Under the pieces are notes generated by a model. It was not told where the DNA came from. It saw only the letters and a list, made by a program, of their open reading frames with translations, and made no database searches. The translations under genes and the position numbers were made by a program. From Fidelibacterota bacterium (GTDB lineage: Bacteria > Fidelibacterota > Marinisomatia > Marinisomatales > Marinisomataceae): DNA of 39,089 nucleotides. Where the stretch lies: NCBI GenBank assembly GCA_036165075.1, contig JAYZIW010000029.1:1-39089 (forward strand), read 5' to 3'. The number at the start of each line of letters is the position of its first letter. Position 1 is the first letter of the stretch. This document shows, piece by piece, positions 25,295 to 35,900 of this stretch.

Positions 25295-28200
25295 CTAGGT
25301 GGCTTTTTTAAATATTCTATTTAATAATTTTATAAAATCATCAATAATTACATAAGCAACTGGTACTAATAACAATATAATAGTTGTTGCAAATAGAATT
25401 CCAATACCTAAAGATATTGCCATAGGTTTTAAAAAGAGAACTTGAGTGCTTTGATTAAATAATAATGGCAAAATCCCCAAGAAGGTTGTCATTGAAGTTA
25501 GAACAACAGGTCTAAATCGTGTACGAACTGCATCTAGAACTGCTTTTCTCGTTTCTACACCTTTTTCTTTTGCTCTATTGACAAATACAACCAGCAAGAG
25601 GCTGTCATTAACTACCACACCAGACAATGCTACTACACCTAGAAGAGATAATACAGACATCGGTTGATTAAACATTAAGTGTCCAAGAATAGCTCCTACC
25701 ACACCAAACGGAATAGCGGACAAAACAATCAGTGGTTTAAAATATGATTTTAATGGAATTGCTAGGAGTACATAAATGATAAAGAGTGAAAGACCAAATT
25801 TTAACATAATATCATCTAATTGTTCGCTTTGCTCAGCAGGCTCTCCTGCCAAAGCAAATTCTACTCCAGGTGTTTTATCCATGATGGCTTTTAGTTTTCG
25901 CATTGGTTGTCCTTCATATGGACCTCCTGGCCAAACTAGTTGTTGCAAGATCATAGAAGAGGTATTTTTAGAAACATCTACATCAGATGTCACTTCTATA
26001 ACACGTTTTCCATCAACACGAACAATTGTTGCTTTTCCTTCAACTTCTTTCACATTAGCGACTGCATAAAGAGGAACCTTAATGCCTTGCGGTGTACGTA
26101 TTCTCATATTTTCTAATGTAATAAGATTATCACGCTCTTTTTTTGGAAGTTTAAGCATCACCTTAATATCATCATCTGCTCGTTGAATACGCTGAACTTC
26201 TTCTCCAAAAAATGCTTGCCTTACTTGACGTGCAATATCCATAGTAGTGATACCATAAACCTCTGCAGAAGGCAATAATTCTATTTGTAATTCATTTTTA
26301 CCTTTAGTATCTGTATCTGCAAGATCATAAATACCAGAGAAACTTGATAACAGAACCTTAGTATCATCTACTACTTGGTTTAATTTTTCAAAACTGTCAC
26401 CTGAAAATTCAAAGTGAATTGATTTACCTGCGGTAAAGATATTTGCACTATAATTGAGTCGTTCGACTTCTGGTATTGTGCCAATACGTTCACGTAATGT
26501 TTCAATAATATCATAAGCTCCAGTCATGCCCCATCTATCATCTGCAGGAGTTAAGACAACAACCACCTCACCTAAGTGAGGGGTAGATGAAGACTGTACT
26601 GCAGGACCTGTTGGACTATTTTCTTGTTCTGAATTGCTAAAATAATGTTGGCCAACAGTAGTGAGTACATGAGAAATAATTATTGCAGGTTCAGATGTAT
26701 TTAATTCGTTTTTAAGAGCCAAGGCTTCTTGCTCAATAATTTCTGTTATTTCTTGCGTTTTTTCTATTGGAGACCCTTCAGGTAATTCAAATACAATTCC
26801 CACTTCTTCTGCTTCCAGTGTAGGAAAAAACTGCCATTTCACTAATCCGCCCGCAAGCAAGGATATTGCTATAATCATCATACCGATAAATGCGGAAACC
26901 GTTACATAACGACTAATAATAGATTTTTTCACAAGAGGTATCCAGAAATTATCTACAAAAGTATATAGTTTTGTAGAGCAGTAATTTCTTGCTTTGCTGA
27001 GCCTTTTACCAAACCCTACAAATCTGGTTTGAAACCATTCACCTGCGTGATTTAAATGTGCAGGTAGAATTGTAGTCGATTCTATTAAGGAAAATACTAA
27101 AATTGGGATAGCAGTGAGAGGGAACGTTCTCCATATATCTCCTGTATTTCCAGCTAAATCAAGCATCGGAGCAAATACAACAATTGTTGTAAGCACTCCA
27201 AAAAACACAGGCATCAATACTTCCATTGTACCCTTAATGGTTGATGTCATATTGTCTTCTTTAAGTTTGATACGTCTTCTAAAGACATTTTCTCCTACAA
27301 TAATTGCATCATCTACAACAATCCCTAACACAACAATAAACATAAACGCTGATAAGACATTTACAGTTACACCAATATTTGGAAGAATAATCAGAGCACC
27401 ACCAAAAGAAATAGGGATTCCCATTGATACCCAGAATGCTACAGATGGCCTCAAGAACATGGTCAATAAAAATAAAACTAGAATCATTCCAATCGCAAAA
27501 TTTCTATAGAGCAAGTTTATACGATCTTGTAGATATCGGGCCTGATCATACCAATAATCAATACTCACATTTGCCGGCATATCAGGTTGTTTATTTTTTA
27601 CATATGTTCTTAATTGTTCAGCAGCAGTAAGTACATCTTGATCGCCAACCAGGTTAGCGCTTATGAACATTGCTTTAATACCATCCCATCGATAGTATTG
27701 TTCAACATCAACAAATCCATCAGTAATGGTAGCAATATCTTTTAGGAGTAGTTGGTTTCCATCAGGCTGACTTTTAATAACAATATTTTCATATTCACCA
27801 GCACTATATGACTGTCCCACAGTTCTAATAAGTAAATCACCGCTATTACTTGAAATAAGTCCTCCCGGCAAATCAATTGATCCTGAATTAATTGCTAATG
27901 CTATTTGGTCAAAACTAAGATCATATTTTTCTAAATTATTTTCAGAGACTTCAATAGTAATTTCTTTATCTCTGTTTCCAAATATTTCTGTAAATGATAC
28001 TTCACTTAGCTCTTTAATTTCTTTGTTTACTTCTTTAGTAAGATTTAGGAGTACTTGCTCATCTACATCTCCATATACAATAATATCCAAAACTTTTTCA
28101 GTTGGTTTAGCCTTTCTAACAATAGGCGCTTCACTATTTTGAGGGAAGGTAGTAATACCATCCATGATTGTTTTGATATCATCTATCGTAGTATCAATTT

Positions 28201-28504
28201 CAGATGTGTCATAAACCTCCGCTCTAATCAATCCGCTTCCTTCGAGAGAATATGATCGTAGCTTTTTAATATTAGATATTCCTTCAAGTCTATCTTCTAT
28301 TTTAGAACATACTGAAGATTCTATTTCTTTTGCAGAAGCTCCAGGATAAGGTACTGATATTACGATAATATTTAGATCTGGAACGGGAAAAAATTCAGAT
28401 TTCATTGTTGGATAGGATACAAAGAATCCACCAAAAATGAGAAAAAACATAAATAAGTTCGCAGGGACACTATTCTTAACGAACCAAGTAACGATACCTT
28501 TCAT
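25295..28504 (-). CDS. RND efflux transporter permease (AcrB/AcrD/AcrF superfamily)
   Basis: 1069 aa. Twelve-TM layout with two large periplasmic loops and N-terminal ...FPVPDLNIIVISVPYPGASAKEIE.... The start overlaps the MFP stop (TAATG). Confidence 0.93.
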   Translation of the reverse strand: MKGIVTWFVKNSVPANLFMFFLIFGGFFVSYPTMKSEFFPVPDLNIIVISVPYPGASAKEIESSVCSKIEDRLEGISNIKKLRSYSLEGSGLIRAEVYDTSEIDTTIDDIKTIMDGITTFPQNSEAPIVRKAKPTEKVLDIIVYGDVDEQVLLNLTKEVNKEIKELSEVSFTEIFGNRDKEITIEVSENNLEKYDLSFDQIALAINSGSIDLPGGLISSNSGDLLIRTVGQSYSAGEYENIVIKSQPDGNQLLLKDIATITDGFVDVEQYYRWDGIKAMFISANLVGDQDVLTAAEQLRTYVKNKQPDMPANVSIDYWYDQARYLQDRINLLYRNFAIGMILVLFLLTMFLRPSVAFWVSMGIPISFGGALIILPNIGVTVNVLSAFMFIVVLGIVVDDAIIVGENVFRRRIKLKEDNMTSTIKGTMEVLMPVFFGVLTTIVVFAPMLDLAGNTGDIWRTFPLTAIPILVFSLIESTTILPAHLNHAGEWFQTRFVGFGKRLSKARNYCSTKLYTFVDNFWIPLVKKSIISRYVTVSAFIGMMIIAISLLAGGLVKWQFFPTLEAEEVGIVFELPEGSPIEKTQEITEIIEQEALALKNELNTSEPAIIISHVLTTVGQHYFSNSEQENSPTGPAVQSSSTPHLGEVVVVLTPADDRWGMTGAYDIIETLRERIGTIPEVERLNYSANIFTAGKSIHFEFSGDSFEKLNQVVDDTKVLLSSFSGIYDLADTDTKGKNELQIELLPSAEVYGITTMDIARQVRQAFFGEEVQRIQRADDDIKVMLKLPKKERDNLITLENMRIRTPQGIKVPLYAVANVKEVEGKATIVRVDGKRVIEVTSDVDVSKNTSSMILQQLVWPGGPYEGQPMRKLKAIMDKTPGVEFALAGEPAEQSEQLDDIMLKFGLSLFIIYVLLAIPLKSYFKPLIVLSAIPFGVVGAILGHLMFNQPMSVLSLLGVVALSGVVVNDSLLLVVFVNRAKEKGVETRKAVLDAVRTRFRPVVLTSMTTFLGILPLLFNQSTQVLFLKPMAISLGIGILFATTIILLLVPVAYVIIDDFIKLLNRIFKKAT

Positions 28505-29646
28505 TACTGATATCTTGGGTTGACTAGCATTCCATTCGTTGCAATACTAAGTTTTGATACAACTATTCTTTCACCAGGCATCATTCCTTCTTTAACCAAT
28601 ATATAATCTTTTGTCTTAGTAATGATATTCACTTTTCTGATTTCTAGTTTATTATCTTTATTGATCACTAAGAGTTCGCTATTAGGTGTTAATGCGGTAT
28701 TAGGCACAATAAAAACATCCATCAGTGTTTTACCACTAATTTCTGCCTCAACAAATAAACCAATTGGCAGTATAGGTTGCGAATCTTCAATAAAATTATT
28801 TTTAAAGTTTGCAATAAGCTTAATCATACGAGTCATTGGATCAATGACTCCATCAACACGCTCTAAATTTCCTTCCCATTTTTGCATTTTACCTTTGTAA
28901 AGAGATTTAATGATTACCAATGACTTCTGATCTGAATTTAATTTTCTACCATCCATTGGTATATCCAAAAATTCTAAATCACTATCTTTTACAGAAAGTG
29001 TTACCTCAATTTCATTAGATGTATACATGGAACCTACTGGTTGTCCAGGAAGAATAGTAGAGCCTAAATCAATATTTATATTTTGTATACGACCAGTATA
29101 TGGTGCGCTGATTTCTGTTTTATTTAGTTTTTTTTCTGCTGAGTCCACTTGAGCTTTTGCTACTTCTAGCGCTGCTTTTGCTTGTTTTAGTTGAGGTTTT
29201 TTAGCTACCAACTCTTTGGCAGTACCTTCTCCAACTTTTTCCCAAGCTTCTTGAGCAATTTCTGCTTCTGCTTCTTGTACAGCAAATTGCACCTCAGCAC
29301 TTGCTAGCTGAAGCAATGCATTTTTGTATTGTAACTGTAGATCTGTATCGTCGATCTTGGCTAATATCTCACCGCTGATAACAGAAGATCCTTCAGAGAA
29401 TTTTTTTGAACGATAAATAACTTCTCCACCTACTTCAGATGTTAGAATAGTCTGAGTAATGGGAGTGGTTGTACCAGTAGACTTGATTTTTATTTCATAA
29501 TCAACTGGTGTCAATATTTGAACCTTGACATCCATAGGAGATGGCTCTTCTATGGGCTGTGGAGATACTTTACCTAGCACATATAAGGCAGAACCAATCA
29601 GTGTTGCACCTGCTATAATTAATATTGGTCTTAAATACTTAATCAT
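28504..29646 (-). CDS. RND periplasmic adaptor (membrane fusion protein, HlyD family)
   Basis: 380 aa. N-terminal TM anchor, lipoyl/barrel-sandwich segments flanking a coiled-coil hairpin (LQLQYKNALLQLASAEVQFAVQEAEAEIAQ ... AKAALEVAKAQVDSAEKKL). 4-nt overlap with the OMF gene. Confidence 0.9.
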   Translation of the reverse strand: MIKYLRPILIIAGATLIGSALYVLGKVSPQPIEEPSPMDVKVQILTPVDYEIKIKSTGTTTPITQTILTSEVGGEVIYRSKKFSEGSSVISGEILAKIDDTDLQLQYKNALLQLASAEVQFAVQEAEAEIAQEAWEKVGEGTAKELVAKKPQLKQAKAALEVAKAQVDSAEKKLNKTEISAPYTGRIQNINIDLGSTILPGQPVGSMYTSNEIEVTLSVKDSDLEFLDIPMDGRKLNSDQKSLVIIKSLYKGKMQKWEGNLERVDGVIDPMTRMIKLIANFKNNFIEDSQPILPIGLFVEAEISGKTLMDVFIVPNTALTPNSELLVINKDNKLEIRKVNIITKTKDYILVKEGMMPGERIVVSKLSIATNGMLVNPRYQ

Positions 29647-31064
29647 CGTTTGTAGTTGAACCCTCCTCCAAGTGATAATATTAAGTTTATTCTTTGTTCA
29701 ATGCGAATTCTTTCTGCGCTCGCTAACATATTCTTATTGTCAAATAATGCATTATTGGCGTTGATTACTTCTTCGATACTTACTACACCTCGAGTGAATT
29801 CATCAAATGTTGTATTGTACATAGATTCAGATAATGCAATATTGCTTTTTAATAGATTGAGTGATAGCTGGGCACTTTTGTCAAATTCTAAACCTGACTC
29901 TACCTCTTTATATGCAGTTAATAAATTGTCAACAAAGTCTAGCATTGCAATTTCTTGGTTATTTTTAGCAATTTTTTTATTTGCTATGAGTTTTCCAGCA
30001 TTAAAAATAGGTGCAAATAAATTAACGCCATTGCTCCAAACGCTGAAATCATCATTTAATAAATCTTGAACATTGCTTGATGCCCCTGTTGATCCTACTA
30101 AACTGAATGAAGGATATAGTGATCGCATTGCTTGCTTGTTGAGCGCTTTAGATGCCAGTAAGTTGTACTGCGATGCGATTAAGTCAGGACGTCTTTTTAC
30201 GATATCCGCTGGTAAAACTTGCGGTATATTTGGAAGAGACTGTGGAAAATCTTTTCCTGTATCCAATGTTAAATTTGGATATTCTTTTATCAAAACTTTT
30301 CCTTGGCGAACAAGAGAAGTAGCAATACTTTTTTTATTTTCCAAGTCACTTTTTGCAAGATTTAATATCATTTCTGACTGCTGCAATGCTTTTAATGATA
30401 TAACGCCTTTATCATATCGACTTGTATACAAGTCAAAAATAATTTTTGCATTATTATATTTTTGTTGAGCATTTTCTGTTAATTGTTTTGCTTCTATAAT
30501 CGAGAAGTAGAGTTTTGTAGCTTCAGACGTTAGAGAAAATTGATAATAGGTATAATTATATTTTGCAGATAGATATTGTTGTTTTCCTGCAAGCCTTCCT
30601 TGCCTCATTTTACCCCATAAATCAATTTCCCACTGTGTACTTAATGATAGATTATAGTTCTCTTGCGTAAACGTTGTTATTTCATCGTTCTGATTTCCAA
30701 AGAAAGAACTAAAGATTGAAGGAAAGCCAGATGTATTTTGTTCAGACTCTGAGCCGCTAGCGCTAACTGCAATAGATGGAAAAACATTGGAAGTTGAAAT
30801 TACAGATACTTGCTTTGCAACTCTTGTATTGAGCATTGCTTGTTCTAGGTTGATATTCTGTTCTAAGAATTGATTTAAAAATTGATTTAATTTTTCATCT
30901 TGAAATTCATTCCACCATATGTCTGAAATATTAATTGTTACTGGAGTGGTAATTGCCCAGTCTTCAGGAATATTATTTACCATGCTTTCTGGTTCAATAG
31001 CTTTTTTACTCGCACAGCTTGTTAACAAGAAAAGAAGCAACAGTTTGATCGCATAATTTACCAT
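29643..31064 (-). CDS. Outer-membrane efflux factor (TolC/NodT-family lipoprotein)
   Basis: 473 aa. Lipobox LLTSCAS. Two OEP repeats with conserved RPDL and aromatic blocks (VKRRPDLIASQYNL). Confidence 0.88.
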   Translation of the reverse strand: MVNYAIKLLLLFLLTSCASKKAIEPESMVNNIPEDWAITTPVTINISDIWWNEFQDEKLNQFLNQFLEQNINLEQAMLNTRVAKQVSVISTSNVFPSIAVSASGSESEQNTSGFPSIFSSFFGNQNDEITTFTQENYNLSLSTQWEIDLWGKMRQGRLAGKQQYLSAKYNYTYYQFSLTSEATKLYFSIIEAKQLTENAQQKYNNAKIIFDLYTSRYDKGVISLKALQQSEMILNLAKSDLENKKSIATSLVRQGKVLIKEYPNLTLDTGKDFPQSLPNIPQVLPADIVKRRPDLIASQYNLLASKALNKQAMRSLYPSFSLVGSTGASSNVQDLLNDDFSVWSNGVNLFAPIFNAGKLIANKKIAKNNQEIAMLDFVDNLLTAYKEVESGLEFDKSAQLSLNLLKSNIALSESMYNTTFDEFTRGVVSIEEVINANNALFDNKNMLASAERIRIEQRINLILSLGGGFNYKR

Positions 31065-31066
31065 AT

Positions 31067-31603
31067 TTATTTTGCCATTAAATATTCAGATATCTTAAAT
31101 AATACAATCAAACTAATAGCCCAACTAATACTAATGATTGCATAGTTAATATCTCCATCAGCAATAGAAGCAGCATTAATTGTTTCACCAGCCATATAAG
31201 CTAATGGGGCTAGCAGTCCATAAAATCCAATAAGAAGATATTTCCCTCTTAGTCGATTCATAACATGATTAATCTGAGCTGCAAATCCTGCCCACATACA
31301 TAGTATCCATATTGGAGCTAGATGAGGAATAGATGTTATATTGCCATTATAAGATACAATACCAAAAAAAGAAAAACTGGAATCAACAATTATTCCCATG
31401 AAGATTGCTATGAATATTAATTGAATTTCTTCTTTAAGATGATCGGTAACAATCATAAAATGTAGATATAAAAATATAAGAGTTGGTATTAATGCAAGAG
31501 CTATCTCGCCTTGAGCCCCACTATAAATACAACAAAGCCATACTATTGAGAAACCAAAATAGTTAATAGCAACATTAGTATGTGATAGAATATATTTAAT
31601 CAT
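31067..31603 (-). CDS. Integral membrane protein, DUF2878-like
   Basis: 178 aa, about 5 TM helices. The block APIWILCMWAGFAAQINHVMNRLRGKYLLIGFYGLLAPLAYMAGETINA matches my memory of the DUF2878 consensus. Its stop lies 2 nt before the OMF ATG. Confidence 0.55.
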   Translation of the reverse strand: MIKYILSHTNVAINYFGFSIVWLCCIYSGAQGEIALALIPTLIFLYLHFMIVTDHLKEEIQLIFIAIFMGIIVDSSFSFFGIVSYNGNITSIPHLAPIWILCMWAGFAAQINHVMNRLRGKYLLIGFYGLLAPLAYMAGETINAASIADGDINYAIISISWAISLIVLFKISEYLMAK

Positions 31604-31618
31604 CTTTAATAAAGGTTT

Positions 31619-32146
31619 CTAATTGAATTTATCTTCAATAATCTGAAACCTAAAGGTAAAGATTTTCTTCAATTGAGGTAAAATAAACACAGCGTGTACA
31701 ATACTTCTAAATGCTTCTAAGGGGAGCACATAATTGATTTCATCTATAATATTTATTCCATCTTCTACTGATTCAAATGAATGTTTATGATGCCAATAAC
31801 TATAAGGACCTTTTAGTTGTTCATCTACAAAAGATTCATTTCTTTTATAGCTTGTAATTATAGTTCTCCACCTTGTTGGTATTCCAAAAATTTTGACCGT
31901 ATAATCAATGATAGATCCTTCTTTCATTTCTATAGGTCTAGGTGTCATAATGTTAAAGCTCATTGCAGGAGGAGTAATTTTCTCTAGATTCTCTGGTCTA
32001 GAGAAAAATTCAAAAACAGTCTCCATATCACTTTTAACGAACTGTTCCTGTTTGAAAGTATAAATTTTAGGTGTTCTAAAAAATGATAGGATAAGTACCA
32101 AAAACAGTATCAGCGTTATTAGTAGTATAATTTGTATCAAGTCCAT
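31619..32146 (-). CDS. Membrane-anchored SRPBCC (START/polyketide-cyclase-like ligand-binding) protein
   Basis: 175 aa. N-terminal TM (IILLITLILFLVLILSFF), then F.FFSRPENLEKITPP...W...I......FVDEQLKGPYSYWHHKHSF, typical of the COG4276-type SRPBCC family. GGGGAA SD 6 nt upstream. Confidence 0.7.
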   Translation of the reverse strand: MDLIQIILLITLILFLVLILSFFRTPKIYTFKQEQFVKSDMETVFEFFSRPENLEKITPPAMSFNIMTPRPIEMKEGSIIDYTVKIFGIPTRWRTIITSYKRNESFVDEQLKGPYSYWHHKHSFESVEDGINIIDEINYVLPLEAFRSIVHAVFILPQLKKIFTFRFQIIEDKFN

Positions 32147-32169
32147 TTATGTTTCCCCAAAATAAAAAG

Positions 32170-32242
<73 letters not shown>

Positions 32243-32266
32243 TTAAAAAAGCGTAAAAAACTACAC

Positions 32267-32272
32267 ATTATA
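32267..32272 (-). promoter_or_regulatory. Candidate -10 box (TATAAT) for tRNA-Phe
   Basis: A perfect TATAAT on the minus strand, 24 nt upstream of the mature tRNA 5' end. No convincing -35 element. The same 70-nt spacer must also serve divergent rdgB. Confidence 0.3.
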
Positions 32273-32312
32273 AGTTATTTAAAAAACACATAAATATTTA
32301 TTAGTTTCAGAA

Positions 32313-32909
32313 ATGAAAAATATTATTATTTCTTCTTCGAATAAACACAAAATATCTGAAATTATTACTACAATTAAACCTTTCTTTGATAAGATTTATT
32401 CATTAAGCGATTTTCCTGAGATAGAAGATATAAAAGAAGACGGAACTTCTATCGTAGAAAATTCGTTTATCAAATCAAGGGTAGCGTTTCATCATACTAA
32501 GATTCCATCTATGGCAGATGATACCATATTAGAGGTGGATTATTTAATGGGTGATCCTGGTATTTATACTGCCAGATATGCAGGAGAAAATGCTACTTAT
32601 GAAGATAATATGAATAAATTGATAAAAAATATGGAAGGCGTACCTTTTGCAGAAAGAACAGCTAGGTTTAAGACAGTGGTTACTTATGTGGATGGAATAA
32701 ATGATTTTTTTGTGGAAGGATGTTTAGAAGGTAGAATATTGGAAGAGAAGCAAGGAGATTTAGGATTTGGTTATGATCCAATCTTTTATGCATCAGAACA
32801 AAATATATCTTTAGGAAATATGAGCTTAGAAGAAAAAAATAAAATCAGTCATCGTGCAATTGCAATTCAAAAATTTGCACATAAAATAGAAGAATTAATG
32901 AATGCGTAA
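32313..32909 (+). CDS. rdgB: Non-canonical purine NTP pyrophosphatase (RdgB/HAM1 family)
   Basis: 198 aa. N-terminal SSSNKHKISE (cf. T.N..K..E), ADDT/S block (MADDTILEVD), FGYDPIF and SHRAIA motifs. Confidence 0.88.
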   Translation: MKNIIISSSNKHKISEIITTIKPFFDKIYSLSDFPEIEDIKEDGTSIVENSFIKSRVAFHHTKIPSMADDTILEVDYLMGDPGIYTARYAGENATYEDNMNKLIKNMEGVPFAERTARFKTVVTYVDGINDFFVEGCLEGRILEEKQGDLGFGYDPIFYASEQNISLGNMSLEEKNKISHRAIAIQKFAHKIEELMNA

Positions 32910-35900
32910 AATTTATCTATCCACTATTTTTTTATTTTTATCTCAAGTTATGGGTGTTGAGAATCCCTATGACAAAAGCATTGTTACTGATCCTTTTTTT
33001 AAGAAACAAACAGCTAACTTTTGTTTAAATGACTTATCTAATTATCCAATAGGAATTTTTAACACGACTCAATCCTTAAAAAAGTATAATGTCACCTTAA
33101 ATGTTGATTCTAATCTGATTCAAATTAGTGAGTCCACTTTCAATCGCACTAATGTTATACCATATATTTCTTCCTTAGATAATTATTTAAAAGATTTATA
33201 TGCAATTAATCAACAATATAATTTTCAAGAACCTTTTAGCTTATCCGCTTCAGATACTACAATTGCTAGTAATAAAGGGAGATATCTAGAAGTTGCTGAT
33301 TTTGATTTAGGAGCATTAGGAAGAGCATCCCTACGAGTACAAGGTAATATCAACCTATCTGGTAAATTGGTCAATCAAGATCAAGAACTAGTAAGGTCTT
33401 CTTATAAGGAGCAGGAAAAAACCAATTTTAAATTTGACCAAAAACAACAATTAAATGTTCAAGGTAAGGTCGGTGAAAGAATCACTATATCTCTAGACCA
33501 AAATTCGGAAAGAGATTTTGATTGGGAGAATACTATTCGTGTTGATTATGCTGGAGATGAAGATGATATCTTACAAAAACTTGAAATAGGAAATATATCG
33601 CTTGCATTACCTTCTACTGAGTTTGTCACATTTTCCGGACAAAATAAAGGGCTCTTTGGTGTTAAAGCTCTTTCACAGCTAGGTCCACTTAACATTACAA
33701 GTATAGCATCACTGGAGAGAACTAAGAAGCAATCGGAAAAATACAAAGGTACTTCTGAGGTAAGAGAAAATAAAATAGAAGATTATGAGTATAGAAAAAA
33801 TCTATATTTCTTTATCCATGAATGGTTTAGAAATGGCTCTTCTGATATAATACCAGATAATGGATTTCAAGTAAATGTACCTTCTTATTATCCTTTAAAT
33901 AACGGATTGCATAGTATTGGTAATTTAGTAGTAAGAAACTTTGAGCTTTATAAAATTGATGCATCTAACAATCCACAAGCAGATCCGGGAACAGCATATA
34001 TTGATCCTAACGATACCACCCTTTATAATGATAGTAGTAAAGAAGGAGCATTTATTAAGCTAGAACGTGGTTCCGACTATTCGATTAATGAAGATTTAGG
34101 ATTTATAAGAATGCAAAATACTCTTCAAAATGAAATTATAGGTACACATTTTGAATTAGCAAACAGAACAACAGGAGAAATTGTTTTAAAGGTTGGAGCA
34201 AATATTGAAGACGATGGCAGTGCTGCCTTAGTCTTGAAGATGCTAAAAGCACAGTCGCCACACCCTAATCATCCAACATGGGATCTTATGTTTAAGAATG
34301 TATACTCTCTTGGAGCAACGAATATTGATGAAACTAGTTTAGAAGTTAGAATCATGGATAATTTTTCTACACCTGTGAGCGATAGAACAAGCAGTGGTTC
34401 AACATTTTTAAATTTATTTGGATTAGATGATCTTAATCAAGCCGGCGCATCTTCACCGGATGAAATTATTGATTTTAATAACCCTAATATTGTGAATTTA
34501 AAAGCAGGAGAAATACATTTACCTGCACTACTACCTTTTGTTTCAAGTGCTAATTTAGATGGTGGAAATGATAATTCGACATTAAACCCTTTACTTCAAC
34601 AGGGTAAAATGTATACGAGTACTAATCGTACGGAATATACAGGAGATTCTCGTTTTACCATTGCAGCAAATTATACCAATCCAAAGTCTATTATTAATTT
34701 AGGATTTACATTAGTAGAAGGAAGTGAAGAAATTTATTCTAATGGTGAAAAACTTGAAAGAGGTCAAGATTATCAGATTGATTACTTTTCTGGGATGATA
34801 ATGCTTACTGGGAATATTGATCCCAATAGCGATTTAGAAATTGTATATGATAAGCATGATCTAGTTACATTCGATAGAAAAATTATGGTTGGTTCTCGTG
34901 CACAAATTGATTTTGATAAAAATTCATTTTTAGGAATGACAGCCCTTTATTACAATCAAGATATTGTTAATAAAAAAGTAGAAGTAGGCTTTGAACCAAT
35001 ACGAAATTTTATTTGGGATATTAATGGTCGTTATGAGAAAGACTTAGAAAATTTATCTGCATCTCTAAATAACCTTGATATGTTTAATGCTGAAAAGTTA
35101 TCTAGGTTTACTTTAGAAGGAGAAATTGCACAAGTATTGCCTAACCCTAACTCGATATCTAACTCTGCTACGGGAGATAGCGATGGTGTAGCTTACATTG
35201 ATGACTTTGAGGGTTCAAAACGTGTTACAAACCCATCAATATTGAGAAGATTTTGGAATATTTCTTCTGCCCCATTAAATCTTGATACCAATGAATCGTT
35301 TGATCAAAGAAATCGAGCAAGAATGCATTGGTACAATCCTTATTCTCAAGTATTAACAAATAATATTTGGCCAAATATTTCTACATCGCAAAGAGCACAA
35401 AATCTTACTACAGATATTTTAGTTTTAGATTTTGAACCAAAAGAATATCAAGAAACCGTAGATCCCGATTCTATATGGGCTGGTGTGATTACTCCAATGT
35501 TTATATCTGATTATGATCAAACTAGAAGCAGATTTTTTGAAATTTGGTTACGTGGAGATGAAGGTAATTTAACAGTAGATTTAGGTAAAATTAGTGAAGA
35601 CTATAATGGTAATGGAGCTCTAAATAACGAAGATGTTCCAGATGCAGGATTGGCCCTTGGTAATGGATTTTTAGAAGATAGCGAAGATACAGGGCTCGAC
35701 GGTTGTTTTGATAGTTTTGAAGATGGTTGGGGTGATTGTTTGAATCAAGAAGATGGGCTAACTTATCAAGATTACTTATCTAGTGGAGAAATATCAATTA
35801 TTAACGCTTCGTCTGATGTAGATACTAGTGATCCAAATGGCGATAATTGGGATTATGTTGAAGGTAGTTCAGACTATACAAAGGTTAATGGTACAGAAGG

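Noticed and set aside
29656-30468. Two consecutive antisense ORFs (137 and 131 aa) opposite the OMF gene.
   Set aside because: They are shadow ORFs of an AT-rich coding region, have no motifs, and overlap a well-supported TolC-family gene.
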